Positions 57,530-64,000 of a DNA stretch of 64,000 bases are shown here, one piece after another. The first letter of the stretch is position 1, and the number at the start of each line of letters is the position of its first letter. Source of the DNA: Eledone cirrhosa. Taxonomy: Eukaryota. Location of the stretch: positions 59,706,001 through 59,770,000 of the forward strand of contig OZ024746.1 of assembly GCA_964016885.1 (NCBI GenBank), read 5' to 3'. The position numbers and the translations under genes were made by a program. Below the pieces are notes generated by a model. That model did not search any database. It was not told where the DNA came from and saw only the letters and a program-made list of their open reading frames with translations.

Positions 57530-58354
57530 ACCGAGAATGTCCGTCATCAGGAGTCTGCTGATTCTCATTGGTATTTCTTCGCATTAAAGACTAGATACCT
57601 AAAATCAGTGCGAGCGATAACTAAATTAAGTTATCGGGACAGAGGAAAACAGAGGAAAGGAAACAAACAACATGGTAGTAATGCAACGTAAAGAGAGGAA
57701 AAGTGAGACAAGTCAATGAATCTTGTGGGCTTAAGTCCGACAAATCAAATGACAAGAAGAAACAGACGCGTCCGAGCTACGAGAAGAGTGAGAGAGGAAA
57801 GAATATTCACGCAGGTCAGACGGGAGGAAGTGAGAGAGGAAGAGTAGCAGAGAGTGAGTGAGTGAAAGTGTGAGGAAGGGGCCAGCCGAGAGTGATTGAC
57901 CAGCAGCGGGAGTGGAGGAAAGCAAGAGGTGAAGGAGAGAGAAGGGGGAGAGAGAAAGAGGATAGCAGTAAGGTGACAGAAAAAATACGAACCACAGCGA
58001 AGGGAAAAATTATATGTGAATGAAAAATGGCGTGCTGCGTTGTTGCGAATATGAACATATGAATAAAAATAGACCGAGAATGTCCGTCATCAGTAGCCTG
58101 CTGATTCTCATTGGTATTTCTTCGCATTAAAGACTAGATACCTAAAATCAGTGCGAGCGATAACTAAATTAAGTTATCGGGACAGAGGAAAACAGAGGAA
58201 AGGAAATAAACAACATGGTAGTAATGCAACGTAAAGAGAGGAAAAAAAGAGACAAGTCAATGAATTTTGTGGGCTTAAGTCCGACAATTCAAATGACGAG
58301 AAGAAACAGACGCGTCCGAGCTACGAGAAGAGTGAGAGAGGAAAGAATATTCAC
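57530..58354 (-). mobile_element. (TA)n-flanked 1.5x direct repeat (543-bp period) with half-hammerhead at each unit boundary
   Basis: 57531-57810 is repeated at 58074-58354; minus strand reads CTGATGA CGGACATTCTCGGT at each unit end. Confidence 0.65.
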
Positions 58355-58462
58355 ATATATATATATATATATATAGTAAAAAATTGAACGGGATCAAAAC
58401 AGAGAGGCAGTACGAACAAAGGTTTATTAGTTTCACGCTCTTGAGAGTGGGGTGGTGGTGGG

Positions 58463-58497
58463 GAACGACGTTTCGGGCATTAGCCCTTCTTCAGGCG
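58463..58497 (-). ncRNA. Hammerhead core in the PLE 3' region
   Basis: Minus: CTGAAGA A GGGC TAAT GCCC GAAA CGTCG TT. Confidence 0.7.
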
Positions 58498-59936
58498 AAA
58501 AGTGTGTGGGAAGAGAGTTCCAAGGGTGTTTAGGGGAGTGGTGGAGAGACATATAGAAAAAGGGGGTGAGAGGAAACGGTACAAATGAAATTAAATATAA
58601 AAGCATAATAAAAATAAAAATAAAATGAAGTAAAACAAGTGGTGGAAGGGTGTGGGGCGTGTAGGGGTGGTGGCGGGTGGAGTGGGGAGAGGGAGGCGGG
58701 GTGTCCGAGCGGGAAGGGCTGAAGGTGGTGTGTGTGTGTGTAGGTGTACGTGTGTGTGTGTGTGTGTGTATGTGAAAGTAAGAGTTGGGGGAAGAACGGG
58801 GTTGCATGTTCAGGAAAAGGTGTGTATGGTGGGGTGTAGGTCGGTGTGTGTGTGCGTGTGTGGATGGGGAGGGGTCAGAGGAGTGGAGGGAGAGGATTCC
58901 GGAGGCTGAGTGTGTAAATATGTGGTGGTACGCAAATGTGTGTGGTGTTTATACGTGTTGTGGATGTAGCTGGCGTGTGGGAAAAAAATTTTTTTGAGTG
59001 TATGTCCGTGGGTGAGTTCCTAAGGTAGTTCCGTAGTGGATGTGGTGGGATGCTGGGTAATTTCCTTGTGATGTAGTTGATTCTTGGGAGCGATGTCAAA
59101 TGTGTGTAATCCGTGGTTGGGTTGGTCGGAAGAGGGGAGATGTGGGGTGCGCGCGCAACAGGAAGTGGTCAGAGGGTCAAGGCAGGAGGAGGGTTGTGTG
59201 TCTGTGTGTGCGGGGAGGTGGTCAGAGATTCAGGGCATAGCAGCAGTCGGGGAGAATGGTAAGTGAAGAAGGTCGGTGTGTCAGTGTGTGCGGAGGTGTG
59301 TTGGACAGGGGAGAGGATGGGTAGGTGTGAAAGTTGGAGTGGGGAGGGGTGTGTATTAGTAGAGTTGTTAGTGGGATGTGTGTGTGTGAGAGAAGAGGTG
59401 TGGGTGGAGCGGAGAGGGGGAGGGGAGAGAAAGGTGTGGGGGCCGGTGGAGGGAGTGTAGTGTACTGGTGTGTGTGTGCGTGTTTGGATGAGTGTGTGTG
59501 TGTGTGGTGAAGTGGGTGTTAGTATACTGGTGGTGGGGAAAGGGTTGAATGCGGGTATTAGTGGGGGTCAGTGGTGGTAGGGTGTGTGGAGTGGGTGGTG
59601 TAAGTGGGTGTGTGTGTTCGTGTGCGTGGGGTCGGGGGGTATTAGTGATATTAGTTGCGGGGTGGTGGGGTGGATGTGTGGGGGTGAGGGTTAGTGGTGG
59701 TAGTAGTGTGTGTGGTTAGTGTGAGCGAGTGTATATATATACCGGTGGGTGTGTGCGTGTGATAAGGGGAGGGGGGAAGAAAGGAGGGATGTTAGTATTG
59801 TTAGTTGGGGGAGGGTGGTCGGGTGTGGGGGGACTGTTAGTATTGTTTTAGTTGTGGGGTGGGCGATGAAAAGGAGGAGTGTGTTAGTGGTGTTAGTGGG
59901 GGATATGTGTGGAGGGAGGGGGGAGGAGGTCGAAGG

Positions 59937-61600
59937 CTAAAGGAATAAGGGTGGGGAGTTCAGGCCGGGGGGAGTGTGGGTCTGTAAGGTGAAGATGGTT
60001 CGTTGTTCGACCCTGAGGAGGGTGGCGGGTGTTCCGTGGCATTGGAGTAGGCCACAGACTGTGAGGTGGTGCGGGGAATGTCCAGGGGCGCCAAAGTGGC
60101 GGGCGATGGGGGAACTACCGCCGAGACGAATATCTCGGAGGTGTTCGGTAAAATGGTCCGCCAGGCGACGTCCAGTCTGTCCGACGTGGGGTGAGAGTGG
60201 TGGAGCGGTGGACAGCACGGGCGCGGGTGAGAGCGGTGTGGACGAGAGAGGGGGTAACTTCTGCGGATGAAATGGCTGACTAGGGAAAGGGCCTGGGACT
60301 CAAAGTCAGCATCTCGGCTACAGAGGCGGCGGATCCTGAGGAGTTGGGAGTAAGGAATAGAGTGTTTAGTATGTGTAGGGTGGGAAAAGGTGAAGTCGAG
60401 GTAGGAGTTGGAGTCGGTGGGTTTGAAGAAGGCGGAGGTGACGAGGGAGTGGTGGGAGGGGTCGAAGGCGACGGAGATGTCTAAGAAGTGGCCGTGGGTG
60501 GTGGAGATAGATGTGGAGGGAGGGGTAGAAGGAGCAGAAGAAGGAGAGAAAAGAGTCAAGCTGTTCTCGGGTGAGGGTCGTGGCTCCGATACAGTCGTCG
60601 ATGTAACGACCGTACAGTTCGGGCGTGGGGCCGATGTACTGGGCAAAGATTTGGGCTTCAACATGGCCAACAAAAAGGTTGGCATAGTTTGGGCCCATTC
60701 TTGTACCCATGGCTACCCCCGTGACCTGTTGGTAAAACTCACCCGAGAAGGAGAAACAGTTGAGGGTGAGGACCAGCTCAGTGAGGCGAAGGAGGGTGGG
60801 GTGGAGGGGATGGGGGAGTAGCGAAGGTCGAGGTAGTGCTTGAGGGCACGTAGGCCGTCGGCGTGGGGGATGACTGTATAGAGCGAATTGATGTCTAGGG
60901 TGAAGAGGAAGGTCTGTGGGCCGGGTGGGAAGATAAAGGAGTCGAATAGGCGAAGGGCGTGGTTGGTGTAGGAGATGTGGGGGGGTGACAAGGGGGACGA
61001 GGATGGTGTCAAGAAAGGCGGAGATGAGTTCGGTGGGGCAGTTGCAAGCGGAGACGATGGGGTGGCCGGGGTTGTCGGGTTTGTGGAGTTTGGGGAGGAA
61101 GTAGATAGTGGGGGGTGCGGGGGTGCGGACGATGAGGTGGGAAGCGGTGTGGGGAGGAGGGAGGAGGAGACAAGGTGTTGGATGGTGGAGGAACTTGTTG
61201 TTGGTAGAGGGGTGTGGGATTGGAGGGTAGAGGGCGGTAGAAGAGGGGGATACGGTGCTGCCTGAGAGCTTCGGCCGTGTAGAGGTCAGCGCGCCACACC
61301 ACCACGGCGCCTCCCTTGTCCGCCGGTTTGATGACGATGTCATCTCGGCTACGGAGGGAGCGGAGAGCGAGGAGTTCGCCTCGTGAGATGTTATTCCGTT
61401 GGGACCGGTGGCGGAAGTCGAAGCGATTTACTGCGCTACGGCTGGCATCGACGAACGCGTCCAGGGTGCTAAATTGCCCTGGGGCCGGCGTCCAAGATGA
61501 TGGTCGTTGGCCCAGGGCGAGAAACGGGTCTGGGGCGTTCGAAGCCGGTGGCGTTTGACCGAAATGTGCCTGTAGCTTCGTGCGTCGCACGAATCGATCG
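59937..61600 (-). pseudogene. Penelope-like RT + GIY-YIG endonuclease, multiply frameshifted
   Basis: IVIKPADKGGAVVVW, YFLPKLHKP..PIVS, TLDINSLYTVIP, GVAMGTRMGPNYANLF, RYIDD, FLDI, KPTD..YL..SHP..IPYSQLLRIRRLCS, VGQTGRRL..F.EH, VEQ..IF.L.T..P.GLN. Confidence 0.92.
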
Positions 61601-62194
61601 ACTTCCGTTCGGGTGCGGAACTCGTCGGGAGGAGTGAGTGAAGCTTACGGGCTTTGGTGGAGGTGAGGAAGGAGAAGAGGTCGTGGTTGAGGTTTTGGAT
61701 GAAGAGGAGGATGGCGTGGGCGATTAGGGGGTGGCAGGCGGAGTTAAGGCGGAGGAGGGTGGGGGTCAGTTGGTAGTTAAGTTTGCAGATGGTGGAGTGG
61801 GAGGCGCGAGGATCGGGTGAGGATACGTTGGGTGGAGGGTGAAGCGGTGGGGGGGAGATGTAGACGGAAGCCGAGGGGTGAGTGCGAATGATAGGCAGAG
61901 ACGGGGAAGGGAAAATCAAACAGAAATAACGTACGGAGAGGAGAGTATGCACGGGGAAATCATAGACAAAATATCAGAATCGTAAAAACACAGGCAATCA
62001 TGGACAAAAAGTCATAGACAGAAATAAACAAGTACACTAAATAAATCAATCAAAAAGTAATGCAAAGAAAGGGAAAAAAGAAAAAACAAGTTGTGGGAAG
62101 GTGTGTGGAAAGTTCAGAGAGTGGTCACGGCGGATTAGATCGGGTTTGAGCCGGTAGTCAAGGTAGTGTTATAATTATATATATATATATATAT

Positions 62195-62612
62195 ATATAA
62201 GTATGTATACGTACATACATATATGTATACAGACGTACAGTAGTATGTATATATATATACATACATGCACATATATATATGTACGTATGGATTCACCGAA
62301 CATTTATTATAATGCTCGGTGTGTTTGTAAACAAACATCCCGTATTAACTTTGTCAGTGTTGAACAAATGAGCAACGATGGTTGCTAGACACTACGGCTT
62401 AATACGGGATGTTTGTTTACAAACACACCGAGCATTATAATAAATGTTCGGTGAATCCATACGTACATATATATATATGTGTGTGCATGTATGTATATAT
62501 ATATACATACTACTGTACGTCTGTATACATATATGTATGTACGTATACATACTTATATTTAAGTAACAGCCGTACTAAGAGTGGGAAATGAAATTTCGTT
62601 TCATTTTTTCCG
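62195..62612. mobile_element. (TA)n-embedded fold-back element with no visible ribozyme
   Basis: 62195-62348 is inverted at 62399-62557; 50-bp spacer; ~55-bp unique tail, then (TA)n. Confidence 0.7.
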
Positions 62613-62936
62613 TATATATATATATATATATATCTTGCCTGATTATCCTATGAACACACAAGCGAAAGTCTAGAGTAAAAGGACACTAACTCGGTATAAA
62701 TAAAAAATATATACGTGGTGGGGTGATAGATATGACTCTATATTGCACATTGAGTACTCTCTTTACTCCTCGTTAGCACAATTTGTTGTGTCATAGCCTA
62801 CAGATAACATCTGTATATTAATTATAAGGATATAATATATAAAAATACAGACATGTTGCTAGACATAAATAATTACTTTAGTTTATGTTTAATCTACAAT
62901 GAAAAATACTTCTACCTGGGTTAGAATCCCTCTATC

Positions 62937-63020
<84 letters not shown>

Positions 63021-63344
63021 ATCTCTCTGTCTCTTCCTTTCTTTCTCTCTTTCTCTCTCTCCTTCTCTCTCTCTCTCACTCTATTTCTCTCTCTCTCTCT
63101 CTCTCTCCCTCTCTCTCCCTCTCTTTCTCTTTTTTTCTCTCTCTTCCTGTTCATAAAAAATAAAAACAGAAGGCCATATATACATAGAAATATGTACTCG
63201 TATGTATTAACAACGAGATATACGTGTCCAGTTAGTAAACGTAAAAGTATATTCACACTTGATCAGACTCAATATCAACTAGATACAGATTTTCCATCTG
63301 CTCTCTTCTCTCTCTTTTCTTACTTCTCTCCTTCTCTCTTTCTT

Positions 63345-63389
<45 letters not shown>

Positions 63390-64000
63390 TCCTACTTCTT
63401 TCCTTCTCCCATCCTCTCTCCACCTTCCACCATACCCATACAAACTACGTAATATAATGGTTTAGTATCATTAATCTTTTATTTTCTAACAGAAATTTCT
63501 TCTATTTTCTATTAGAAATTAATAGCGCTTTAAGCTTGATACATGAATCAAGTCAAGGTTTAGCCCGGCCAAAACCTTTTATTGATATCTTTCTTGTCCA
63601 AGCAATTCACTAATGTGAAATAGATTATAAATTCAATTTATCTGTAATTTGATCATTGGTCACTTGAACATTTTAGAGAATTTGTACTCCGGTCAACGGA
63701 CTGCGGATGGAGGACGGTGGAGGAGAAAGGGGGAAGAAAATGAGAGAAAACTACTTTAATCCATCCTTTTAATGAAGACTAATGCCTCTGTCAGCCGTAT
63801 GATTACTAACCCTTTTGTTGCCATATTTCTAGTGAAAGATACTGCCTATGATTTTCAAATTATCTTGAAAATAATCAAGAATTTGGAAGGATTTAGCAAT
63901 ATAACTAACAGTTTCATTACTAAGCAGGTGTTTGGAACATAGCTTAAGAAATATTATTACATAAAATCGTTATAAAGTTTTTAAATAAACCCACTCGTTA

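Larger units (their letters stand above)
58376..62170 (-). mobile_element. Penelope-like retroelement (probably Neptune-type), decayed, between (TA)n tracts
   Basis: PLE RT and GIY-YIG remnants; long C/A-rich 3'UTR; 3' hammerhead core and AATAAA. Confidence 0.88.

Overview
AT-rich eukaryotic non-genic DNA, dense in (TA)n, (TG)n, (GA)n, (TACA)n and (CTT)n microsatellites. The SINE and LINE families suggest a coleoid cephalopod such as an octopus; that assignment is inference. No host protein-coding gene is recognisable, and nearly all listed ORFs are microsatellite translations. Transposon content: an RTE-clade LINE with three C-terminal C2H2 fingers and a 5'-truncated Dong/R4-like LINE nested in its 5'UTR; a bipartite internally deleted RTE derivative; a Tx1-clade LINE ending in (TC)n; a decayed Penelope-like element (RT + GIY-YIG); two Helitron 3' ends, one on a complete non-autonomous copy; about 14 tRNA-SINE copies; and a 3 kb 34-bp minisatellite. 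The main signal is about 20 minimal type-I hammerhead ribozyme motifs (CTGAnGA-stem II-GAAA-short palindrome-TH) from at least six sequence families. They lie in short non-coding elements inserted in (TA)n tracts. Most of these elements are fold-back palindromes with one ribozyme on each strand, and the inverted arm repeatedly ends at a family-specific internal TA-like site. All structures were read by eye; no folding or database search was run.
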